Shown in pieces: positions 22,675 to 32,408 of a stretch of 48,954 bases of DNA. The notes beneath the pieces were generated by a model. It saw only the letters and a program-made list of their open reading frames with translations, was not told the DNA's origin and did no database searches. The position numbers and the translations under genes are program-made. Numbering within the stretch: position 1 is the first letter of the stretch; the number at the start of each line of letters is the position of its first letter. Source of the stretch: Octopus bimaculoides. Taxonomy: Eukaryota. The stretch covers positions 144,144,556-144,193,509 of the forward strand of contig NC_068984.1 in assembly GCF_001194135.2 (NCBI RefSeq), read 5' to 3'.

Positions 22675-22890
22675 ATGGTGGTGAGTTGGCAGAATCGTTA
22701 GCAGACTGGACGAAATGCTTAGCGGTATTTCGCCCGTTGCTACTTTCACAGATCAAATTCTACCGAGGTCGACTTTGCCTTTCATCCTTTCGGGGGTCGA
22801 TAAATTAAGTACCAGAGAAACACTGGGGTCGTTATAATCGACTGGTCCACCCAACTACAAATTTCAGACCTTGTGCCTATAATAGAAAGG
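22675..22890 (+). mobile_element. SINE family C
   Basis: GAGTTGGCAGAATCGTTAGC...CAAATTCTACCGAGGTCGACTTTGCCTTTCATCCTTTCGGGGGTCGATAAATTAAGTACCAG. Homologues at about 4695-4905(+), 12070-12280(-), 13040-13170(+), 16835-16985(-), 17555-17750(+), 31630-31800(-), 47120-47300(-) and 47345-47560(-). Confidence 0.85.
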
Positions 22891-23163
22891 GTTATTTTTA
22901 GGACAATTTATTTTCACTTTTTTTTTTATACCTTAATATTAAATGTTCTATTTTTTGTGTCTTGTGATTTTGGGGGACGGAGAAAAGGCTTTCGAAATAC
23001 TTGAATTTGTACTGGTACTTTTGATTCTCTAAAGAGTGCAAAGTGATTTAACTGTTATTTCTAGCAGCAAACGAACGCGTAGAGGCTTCCTAGCCGAAAG
23101 ATTTGATTTGATATGTTTTGATGATACGAATTCCGTTTCTATTGAAACGGTGAAATACTAAGT

Positions 23164-23586
23164 GCACTACTTAAATGCAGAGGTCCCGTAGGGTTAAGGT
23201 TAGTTTTTAGGGTTTGTTAGAGTTAGGATGGAGGCGCAATGGCCCAGTGGTTAGGGCAGCGGACTCGCGGTAATAGGATCGCAGTTTCGATTCCCAGACC
23301 GGGCGTCGAGTGCTTATTGAGTGAAAACACCTAAAGTTCCACGAGGTTCTGGCAGGGGTCGGTGGCAAACCCTGCTGTACTCTTTCATCACAACTTTCTC
23401 TCAGTCTTTCTTCCTGTTTCTGTTGTACCCGTCACAGCCAGTGAGGGTACATGTGTCTGTGGAGTGCTCAGCCACTTGCACGTTAATTACACGAGCAGGC
23501 TGTTCCGTGTAACTGACGGAGTTAGGTTAGTTTTCCCTAAAACTGATTAGGGTTAGTTTTTAGGGACCTCTGTATTTAAATAGTGC
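23164..23586. mobile_element. MITE with TTAGGG-like interior, interrupted by a SINE
   Basis: TIRs GCACTACTTAAATGCAGAGGTCCC / GGGACCTCTGTATTTAAATAGTGC. Interior of gttagg/ttaggg-like units. Confidence 0.8.
23228..23518 (+). mobile_element. tRNA-derived SINE (family E here) inserted in the MITE
   Basis: tRNA-like head with A box (TGGCCCAGTGG) and B box (GTTTCGATTCC), flanked by the TSD GAGTTAGG (23220-23227, 23519-23526). Related partial copies at about 30280-30470 (-) and 47660-47860 (-). Confidence 0.85.
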
Positions 23587-24547
23587 CATAATAAGTCTCA
23601 GTCTGACCACAAACTACCCATCTTTACCATCAACCAGCCATCTTAATACCAAACTAGTCAACTTCACCCTAAACTACCTCATGATATGTTCCCACGCATT
23701 ACACTTTATACAAGAACTCGGAAGCAAATGCGTGGAGAACAAAAGAAAATAAGGAATCCCTATAGATTGGAACGTAACACTATAATGAGGATTAGGAATT
23801 TTGTAGGATTCGGTCGGCTGAGCTGCATTTCCTCGCAACATTCTCTGTAAATGGCCGATAGTGCAGTAAAGGTGGGTACACTGCCTCAACGATAATTTGA
23901 TTTCAAATCGCCACCTCCTTACTTTTATACTTTTGGAATCGATTTTTAAAATATCGGAAATCAACTGGAGTAAATTCAATTGATAATTTCTTTCTGCAAT
24001 ATTTGAATTTGTGTTAGTGAAAAAATGTTGGCCTGGCATCTCGGAATAAACAGGTTAGTATTTTGTCAATGATTAGATTATGGTTAATTAAAAGATTAGC
24101 TTGTAATTAGTCAGAAATTGGTTTTGTGCTTAGTCAAGTATTGGTGTATGCCTTGTCAAGGTTTAGCCTATACCTTCTCAAGACTTGGCATGTGTTTAGT
24201 CAAATGTTGATATGCGCCTAGACAAAACCAGGCGTTATCTAGCAATGCTGCTTCTTGGAAGTAAGTGTTAATTCAGGTAATAAGGAACAAGAAAATCTTC
24301 AAACGTCGTATGAGATAACGAGAATGGGAACAGTCATTAGGGGGAGAAAATCAACACTCGCATCTTTCTTCAGATCATCGAACCTAGTGATAGAAAGATA
24401 TCCTCAGACCCAAGACATGACCCGAATGCTTGCAACAGTATGAACTCAATAAAAGCAAGTGAGGGCCGATGGCATTAAATCGTGCCGGGCTAAGGCCGCC
24501 ACCCATATTAGCAAAAGAAAAGACAATCCATTATCTGTGTGTGTATG

Positions 24548-24584
<37 letters not shown>

Positions 24585-24748
24585 GTATCCCATCTAATAG
24601 AATTTTATTTTGAATTGAAGGATGTTTAGTAAGAATTGATGGAAGATGTCAATAAGTAAATATAGCTGCACAAGAGAACCTGTGCCAGCAAGAATGTCAG
24701 GCGGAAGCCTACAACTTTAATGCCATTGACCATTTTTTTCAAATGCTG

Positions 24749-27391
24749 TTAGTTAGTACGGGAAGATTTAAATTCGCAAATAAACGAATGTTCCACGCTT
24801 TTCTTCGAATTCCAACAATACTTATCCAACCATTTAAAGCCCCAAGCTTTTTTGATTTGATTACATCGTGTTTTTCTGAGAGTGTCAGGTCGGCCGGGGA
24901 AATAATTGGTATAAACAACAGCTTCGTTTGTACTTGCCCATTTCCACAGGCCATCATTATCCAGAAAGGTCGGTGACAACCATACAGTATTAGGGGTCCC
25001 TATGGTAACCAGAAAGTTCTCCAACATAAGTTCCTTTTGAAGATCTTTAACCGTGACTAGATTAGCTCCAAGACGCTTGCAGGTCTCTATGGCTCTTTTG
25101 TTCGACTGTTTCACAGGAATGTATTTAAAACAATAACCACCAATTTCTTTGGCAAATGCCGGGCATATCTGGCTGTGCATTGAAGAGTTTTTCCAGTGTG
25201 AAGGCAGGGTATTTTCACTCATAGCATTGCTAGGGTTCTCGTTGATCATCCTTATGTGTATTGTCACATTAACTGGATTTCTGTTTTCGTGCGTGGATAA
25301 AGGAAGTTCACATATGGTCCCATAACGGTTATTAGAATTACAAGAAACTAGCGACAATTTAAAATTATTGCTGGGATCCAAAACTAAACAATTTTCGTCG
25401 TATTTTCGCGACAAGTCCTTTGAATTGAACGGCATAATCATATGTGCTTTAAATTCTTTCGGGTTCAACGAAGCAATGCTGTCTTTTGACAGCCAGAGCG
25501 GGATATTGAGATCAGAGTATATTGCCAAAAATATTTTCATATCAGTCCATTCTTCTAATGAAAACAGGCTAGCAACTCGTGCGTCAATATTTTGGCAATC
25601 CGATACCGCTCCTTTCCAAGAAACACGCCTCGGCATGTAATGTAAACAGCGACGAACAGATTTAAACCAATTCTCTGGGCAAAATTTCACAGGTTTGACA
25701 TTCGGTTTGGCAGTAGCAGAAAATGAAGGTTTCAAGAAAGCATGATAATTGCTGGAGGAGGCCGCTTCCTTTTTGGCTCCTTGATTTTTAAAAGTAACTT
25801 CTGGTGGGTTAATCATATCCATTCGGACGATGGTGTGAGGAATATTCCCGTTTTTTTTTTTGCTTTGCAATTCAATAAAATTGGGGCTACTACGGTTAAT
25901 GTTTATGTGGAAAGTGTTCGAAGGTTTTGCTGTACTTGAAGGCACATTGCCCTTGGCACCTAGTCTATTATTTCTAAATAGGTTCTGCGCTCTTTTAATT
26001 TCCGACTTAAATCTTTCTTCCTCGTTGCAGCTGGTACAATTTATACGTACTGCCTTCATGTCAGTTACTTTGTCTTTAAGTCGAGCAATTTGATTTTCAT
26101 GAGAATTCCGACTGTCTTCGACACTTTTGAGTCTTAACTTAATTTTCTCTTGCTCTGTTTCTAGATTTTTCATTTTGGAATGAGTATTAAGGTCCTTTAA
26201 TCCATCGAGTTCCTTCTTAAAAGATTTTAGAGTCGATCGAAGATCTCCAATTTCTCTCACGGAATCTTTGTAAGCTTCAGACAGTGACACCATTTTATCT
26301 GAACATGTTTTGAACTTTAAACTTTGTTGTGTTAACATATTTCCAAACTCTCGTTGTGTGTTCTTCAGCTCGCTCAAACTCTGACGGGAATAATTTAGTC
26401 TGCTCTCAATGGTTTTTAATTTTAAGCCTGTGTCAGACACATGGGATTCATTTTGTGGATGGAAATGGTTCTTACCTTGTGTCATTACTTCAGAGAAATT
26501 GCTATTCATTTCAGTAATCGCGGATTTAACTTCTTCCATTTCTTCCTTCAGTTCATCCACAGTTAAAACAAGGCCTTGCAGTTCTGGGTTGTCCTCCGTT
26601 GGCGTCCATGATGTTACCGTATTCTCGTCACCTTTTGTTTCCTGTTCGTGTACGTCACCATTACAAGATGGTTTGCATTCTTCTTTTCTATTAAGGATCA
26701 ACATTCTTAAATTCTCGGCGGATTTCTTTAAATTCTTCACCTGAAGCGACAAAGATGTTAGTTCGCTTGATGAATCTTTTACTTCCAGGGAGATAATGTC
26801 AAACAGGTTCTTCATGCCAGCCAGCTGCCTCAGAAACTGGTGTATTTGGGCCTTCACCGTAGCAAAGTCCGCCTTTCCTTGATTTTCTTTAAATTCCAAT
26901 TCTTTTACTTTACGGTCAAGAGCAGCGACGGAAAGTTCTTGACGCATAACCGTTTCTTTAAATTGTTTCCCTGTCATCAGAAGAGACTTCGATTCTTTGT
27001 TTGCTTTCACTTTCAGCTCTGCAATGCTATCACTTATTTCATCTAGATAGGAATATTTTCTGTACAGTTTATCGATCGACTCCTTTAAGTTCGATATTTC
27101 CTTAAACAATGCTCTTTCTATAGACTTGCTGGTGTATTTCTTGATCACCTCCATGTCATCGCCGGATATTAAACAAATGCCATTATTGTCAACGTATTTA
27201 TAATATTTACACTCAAACTCTGTCTCCGACCGACAAGCATCGGAACATGCCCTTCGGGTGAGACCAAATTTCTTTTTAAGTTTCGGATCAGCTTGGATCG
27301 AAGAAGTCAAGTAAGGAAATACGATATGTACAAAAACGGATTCATAGATGAGGCAGAGAAGCAAAACCCTCTGACTGTGAGAGAAATACAT
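24749..27391 (-). CDS. 880-aa protein: putative signal peptide, PAN/apple domain (aa ~19-80), long coiled coil (aa ~81-470), low-complexity linker, two C-type lectin-like domains (aa ~571-694 and ~743-872)
   Basis: Uninterrupted 2643-nt ORF. CxxxC..C..C PAN core (ACSDACRSETEFECKYYKYVDNNGICLIS). Heptad-rich L/E/K segment. Two CTLD Cys patterns (CPENW..C..W...C...W.....C...C...ICE and CPAF..C..A...C...W.....W.W.....YTNY..G.PD...C...W.D..C...FICE). The start is ambiguous because a phase-1 acceptor (tccaAG) also exists near 27292. Confidence 0.9.
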   Translation of the reverse strand: MYFSHSQRVLLLCLIYESVFVHIVFPYLTSSIQADPKLKKKFGLTRRACSDACRSETEFECKYYKYVDNNGICLISGDDMEVIKKYTSKSIERALFKEISNLKESIDKLYRKYSYLDEISDSIAELKVKANKESKSLLMTGKQFKETVMRQELSVAALDRKVKELEFKENQGKADFATVKAQIHQFLRQLAGMKNLFDIISLEVKDSSSELTSLSLQVKNLKKSAENLRMLILNRKEECKPSCNGDVHEQETKGDENTVTSWTPTEDNPELQGLVLTVDELKEEMEEVKSAITEMNSNFSEVMTQGKNHFHPQNESHVSDTGLKLKTIESRLNYSRQSLSELKNTQREFGNMLTQQSLKFKTCSDKMVSLSEAYKDSVREIGDLRSTLKSFKKELDGLKDLNTHSKMKNLETEQEKIKLRLKSVEDSRNSHENQIARLKDKVTDMKAVRINCTSCNEEERFKSEIKRAQNLFRNNRLGAKGNVPSSTAKPSNTFHININRSSPNFIELQSKKKNGNIPHTIVRMDMINPPEVTFKNQGAKKEAASSSNYHAFLKPSFSATAKPNVKPVKFCPENWFKSVRRCLHYMPRRVSWKGAVSDCQNIDARVASLFSLEEWTDMKIFLAIYSDLNIPLWLSKDSIASLNPKEFKAHMIMPFNSKDLSRKYDENCLVLDPSNNFKLSLVSCNSNNRYGTICELPLSTHENRNPVNVTIHIRMINENPSNAMSENTLPSHWKNSSMHSQICPAFAKEIGGYCFKYIPVKQSNKRAIETCKRLGANLVTVKDLQKELMLENFLVTIGTPNTVWLSPTFLDNDGLWKWASTNEAVVYTNYFPGRPDTLRKTRCNQIKKAWGFKWLDKYCWNSKKSVEHSFICEFKSSRTN

Positions 27392-27498
27392 ACGTTACAG
27401 AATGTATATTGATTACCACAATATTGTAAAGGCATTCACTTAGTTAAATCGTTGCCAGAGGAGAAATTTAAACTTGACACACAAAACGCTACTTGCTG

Positions 27499-27506
27499 TG
27501 ACGTCA
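27499..27506. promoter_or_regulatory. Perfect CRE palindrome TGACGTCA about 110 bp upstream of the lectin ORF ATG
   Basis: Motif visible directly; function untested. Confidence 0.3.
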
Positions 27507-27854
27507 TCTCAATCTAAACACTTTCATAGGAAAGAGTGTTTTTGTTTGTTTATTTTAGTTAATAGCGGAGCGTTGGAGAGAGAGTTGCTTCCGTCGTTGG
27601 ACAGATGTAGAGGAAAAATTATGGCGTGTGTGTGTGTGTCCCCTTCAGCCAGTTTGGCTAGACCGATGAGACAGTAAAAGGCCTGACGGTATGACAACTT
27701 CCCCGTTTCGTGAGGGCAGGCCTCTCATCTGGTATTTCATATACTGTGACACCTTCTTCGCAGCTCGTCAAGCCGAGAAAGGGCAAACTGTCCAAGTATC
27801 GGCCGTTCTCTGACAAGTTTAAGGTCGGGCCTGTGGCAATGGAGACGTCCGGCG

Positions 27855-27960
27855 TTGTCGGACGTCTGTCCCACAGAACAATATCAGGTCTGTTATGTTT
27901 GCACCGAATTAAGGTTTTCATTGATATGTTCCACCAGTATCCCTTGTTCATAAAGGTGTG
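27855..27960 (-). mobile_element. Fragment of the restriction-like endonuclease (RLE) domain of an R4/Dong/NeSL-type non-LTR element
   Basis: YWWNISMKTLIRCKHNRPDIVLWDR contains the NRPDIV motif carrying the catalytic PD of RLE domains. Confidence 0.65.
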
Positions 27961-28208
27961 GATACCTGCTGGTTCTGACATGCTTTTGATGTCAGGGTAA
28001 TCCTTCCCGCCGATAACATTCTATATAGAATTTGCAACTGTTTGTTCTTTTTTTAATTCAATTCCTCTTTGATTTAGGTGACCGGTGAACCTTTACCGGC
28101 CACCTACTTGGTAGCAAGGATGTGAATCTGCATCCTCTCCCCATGATCCCAGTTTCAGCCATACTCTTCTCCAGACGGGTTGGTATGTACCCCGTTGTTC
28201 TAATTATC

Positions 28209-28240
<32 letters not shown>

Positions 28241-28599
28241 TGTATGTATGTATGCATGCATATTTGAGAGACGGTAGCTATGATGTAATACATTTGTCAG
28301 TAGTCTTGATCTGCTAAGACTTCGATAACTATGAAAAAAGCTACTTCAATGAGAAGGAATCTGCATCGTTGAATGAGTGCTAGAAATAGCAGCCAAATCA
28401 TCTTCAACTCTCACTTCACCGTTTTAGGTAGAAAGATATAAAAAAAAAGTTCAGCGCAGAATTGAATACTGTAATCCTAGATACACCACACCTGAAAAAT
28501 AAATGACGAGATGGTCACAACTAGAACGCCTGTCACCATATCGATAACTACCTCTACGCAGGGTCAAAATCGTTTACAAGCACGAATTAAGTCATATCG

Positions 28600-29420
28600 G
28601 ACATGACTCAAACTATGGCGGCTTTCAAAGAATCTTTGGTGCTATGGAGGTGTTCACTGACATTTTCCTCAATGCTGCTCTATGTATAGTAGTCCAGTGG
28701 ATTGAGATCTGGAGAATTAGGGGGCCATATGTTGGGGGGTGATGTGATCATGCAAATTGTCGGCCATCCTTTCTTGAGCTTTGTGTGATGGTGCAGAATC
28801 CTGTTGAAAGACATAAGGCCTTCCATTGCATACACTATTGAGCTAAGGCTTAATAACTTGATCCAGACCCTCAATATACACAGCAGCATTCACCCTTAGG
28901 CCTCGTGGGAAAAAAAGTGAGGAGTCATCACATGTCCTTCATTGCTAACAACACCCAAAACCACGACACTTGCAGGAAATTTTGTGTGCATTACTCTTGG
29001 AACCTCACAAGGGTCTGCAACATAGCCATCTGTCATTCCTTCAAGTTTTCTGGTCTTGGTCAAGGTTTTTCTCATCTGAGAAAGACCAAATCACACCATC
29101 TTCTGGTGGATTTTTAAGTTTGTTCAGAAGTCTTTTGGATCTGATTAAACGGTTTTCTTTTGTTTTTTCCTGATATGAATCGACCTCTCCTCATCACATA
29201 AGACTTGTATCTCTCGTCTTCCTGCACAACATTTCTGATAGATTTTTCTGACACACGAACTTTTTTGGGGTGATTGACCTTATTGATTTTCTTGGATTGT
29301 CTTCAGTGTTTTGTTTAACTTCCTGAATAAATTCAGGTGCCTTGATAGAATCAGAGCGTTTAGAATGTTGTTTTACATTTCGATACAGGTAATACACTTC
29401 CATCTTCTTTCTCTAACTCA
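28600..29420 (-). mobile_element. Degenerate Tc1/mariner-superfamily transposase remnant
   Basis: WPPNSPDLNPLDYY at about 28725-28683. RPYVFQQDSAP in an adjacent frame at about 28795-28830. An HTH-like segment (NPRKSIRSI) at about 29270-29310. Multiple stops and frameshifts. Confidence 0.85.
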
Positions 29421-30469
29421 CACTGAATCTTGAGGACAAAAGATCTTGCAGAAATTTCTAAATCACCATGCTAAGCCTTCAAGGCCACAATCACGTCATG
29501 GCTTTTCAGTTCATTAGGAAGCATAGAGCCTGTCATTGTTCTTTTCTGAAATAGAAGTTCAATAAAAAAATTAGTCAAATAAAATAATGACCAAAAATGC
29601 ACGTGTCCTCAAATACCATCCACACCCTGTACCTGTGCTTACACACACACAGACACAGAAATAAATTGGAAGATAGAAAAATATGCGCCAAGTCGATATA
29701 TGCAAGGTGATCTACGTGTGTTGTTCTTTGGATGTGTGTGTGTGGTTTTACAGATGCATAAATGTAAATGTGACAGAAGTGTGTGTGTATTGACACTCAT
29801 AAACATGTATACAAAATGAGCGCTAGGCAATAAGGGAGCCTCTAATGGTCGTCCAGCCTGCAAAAAATAGCAGCCAATTCTTCCTCAAAATCCCAATGTG
29901 TTAAAAAGCAGGGAAATATATTGGACAATATAACCTTCAATATACAAAAAGTATGGATGGCCACAGCTGGAACACCTCTGATGATATCAGAGATGACATC
30001 AACAACAACAGTGCCATCAGGTTGGGTTGGCAGGGGTCAGTTTTTTGCAGTACTTTCATCTGTTGTTGGCAGTTTTATACTGAGTGGCATGTCAATTCCC
30101 GGTGACAGAGAGATTTGTCTTTTTCACCTGAAGAGAAATAAAGAACAAAAACAGAATGTTCTGTTGCAAAGCCAGATCAAGTATTTCTTTTATATTGTGT
30201 ATCATAAATTAACTCTTTCAGTCTGTTCTTTCATTGCAGCCCGAAATAATAACTGGTACTCTGCCGATTATGGCAACAAGTGCTCCAATTGATCTGATCA
30301 ATGAAAGAGGCTGCTTGTGAAATTAACGTGCAAGTGGCTGAGCACTCCACAGACATGTGTACTCTTAACGTGGTTCTCGGGGAGATTCAGCATGACACAG
30401 AGTGTGACAAGGCTGGCCCCTTTGAATTACAGGTACAACAGAAACAGGAAGAAAGAGTACAGCAAGAGT

Positions 30470-30700
30470 ACTGAAAGAAACCAGTCGTATATATGTCATA
30501 TATATATGTGTTTGTCCCCCCCCCCAACTTTGTCTGACAACCAATGCTGGTATGTTTCTGCCCCCGTAACTTAGCGGTTCGGCAAAGTAGACCGATAGAA
30601 TAAGTACTAGGCTTACAAAGAATAAGTCCTGGGGTCAATTTGCTCGACTAAAGGCAGTGCTCCAGCATGGCCGCAGTCAAATGACTGAAACAAGTAAAAG
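30470..30700 (+). mobile_element. Family B SINE, 3' half
   Basis: CCCCGTAACTTAGCGGTTCGGCAAA...CCAGCATGGCCGCAGTCAAATGACTGAAACAAG. Confidence 0.8.
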
Positions 30701-31452
30701 AATATTTGTATGAAAAGAAAGTTGGATACAAAGCTGGTGTCTATATGTATCAGTGAGTATACAGAAAAGAAGTATTTTAAGGTGTGTGTGTGCACGCACA
30801 CACTAATACATAAATGTATGTACAAATAAAGCAGAAAATTGTATTCAGAGAGTAAAGCCGTACTCACAGTAAGCACTCTCACAAGGAATTGGCTATCAGT
30901 TCACAGAGTAATTAAATTACAAAGTAGTTTAACTTCATCCATGCAATCAGAACTCCAGGTTCATACAAATAATATTTTCACGAGTTGCAAGTAATAATCA
31001 TGAAATCAGAACATGTATATATGTATGGACGTCTGTGATTATGGGGCTGTATATAATGCACGGACAATTGAGGCGCATGTGCACATATGCATGCAAACAG
31101 AGAAAATAAGAAACTAAATGTATATGAAGTTGGCCAATATATTTTATTGCAATTTAATTTGTCATATCTTTAAAATCCATCGTCAGTTTATCAGAAATGG
31201 AATGGAACATGGTTAAGAAGCAACGCCAGCCTGACAGCTAGAAGAGCTCCTCTCACATACAGAACATATAGACGGACGGACAGACAGACAGACACAGACC
31301 AGAGAACAAGGGGCTTGGAGAGAAGACAGACAGACAGACAGACAGCTAGCAATAGCCATCACAGGATACAGTGTGAAGATAAAATCAGACATTTTGCTAT
31401 CAAATATAAGCTGCAGAGTTTCACTCCAGAGAAGGAACTGTACTAGTGGAAG

Positions 31453-31492
<40 letters not shown>

Positions 31493-32349
31493 TGTTTGTT
31501 AGAGCTGAGAGATGTCTTGCCATTGAAGCAGTCCTAGTCGTAGTAGCACAGAAGGAATGCGCACGCACACAAGCTACAGTCAGTGTCTGAGTTCACCNNN
31601 NNNNNNNACAATAATAATTAAAATAATAATAATAATGGTTAATTTTCGTCACAAAGCCAGCATTTTTGAAGGGAGCGGGAGGTCATTTCATACCATCGAC
31701 CCCCCCCCACCACCACCACCACTGGTTCCTTATTTCATCAATCCCAGAAGGGATGACCAGGCAAAGTTGACCATGACAGGATTTGAGCTCAGAATGTAAT
31801 AAACCTTAATAATAATAATAATAATAATAATATTGCTGATGACTATGATGATGATGATGAAAGTGTTTAGGGGTGGGGGGCAGTAGAGGAGTCAGTCCAC
31901 AGATAGAAGTCTGTGGTATTGTTAAGGGATTGGTAAACTCAAGATGAAGACCCATTAAAAACTAAATTTATTATTATTTTTATTATTAAGCACACAGCAA
32001 CAATAGTCACTGCTGCTGCTGCTGTTGTTACTGTTTTAAATTAAAACGTAAAAATGTACAAAAGAATGGAGCACCCAGTCTATTGGGCTTCATTACTGAA
32101 ATAGTTTCCATTTCAATTATTAATATTATTATTATTGTAATTATTAACAAAGTGCTCCCAAGGAATGATGGCGTAAGACAGCATATCAAGAAAGCTACAC
32201 ATGAAAATTTTGCAGATTTAAAAAGAAAAAACATCTCAACATGCTACAGTAGCAGGTTCAAATAACAGTGGAAGTGGCAAATGAGATGATTTACCCTTTT
32301 TTTTTTTTTAAATAAATATGGAAGGCTATGGCAGAATCTTTTAAAAAAA

Positions 32350-32408
32350 ATGAAATGGAAATGAAATGAAATGGAAATGAAATGAAATGGAAATGAAATG
32401 AAATGAAA
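32350..32408. repeat. (GAAAT)n pentanucleotide repeat
   Basis: Visible directly. Confidence 0.95.

Noticed and set aside
23228-23310. tRNA genes (here and at other SINE heads)
   Set aside because: A and B boxes are present but continue into SINE bodies and lack a complete cloverleaf.
23674-24039. 121-aa minus-strand ORF downstream of the lectin gene
   Set aside because: No recognisable homology or convincing splice sites.
28078-28181. Plus-strand exon-like unit (gatttAG...TTG|GTATGT)
   Set aside because: It has stops in all three frames and no partner exon could be identified; it may be chance.
29968-29985. CTGATGA motif as a third hammerhead
   Set aside because: No stem II or GAAA follows.
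29921-30292. 123-aa plus-strand ORF
   Set aside because: It starts at a non-ATG codon and has no recognisable motif or coherent exon structure.
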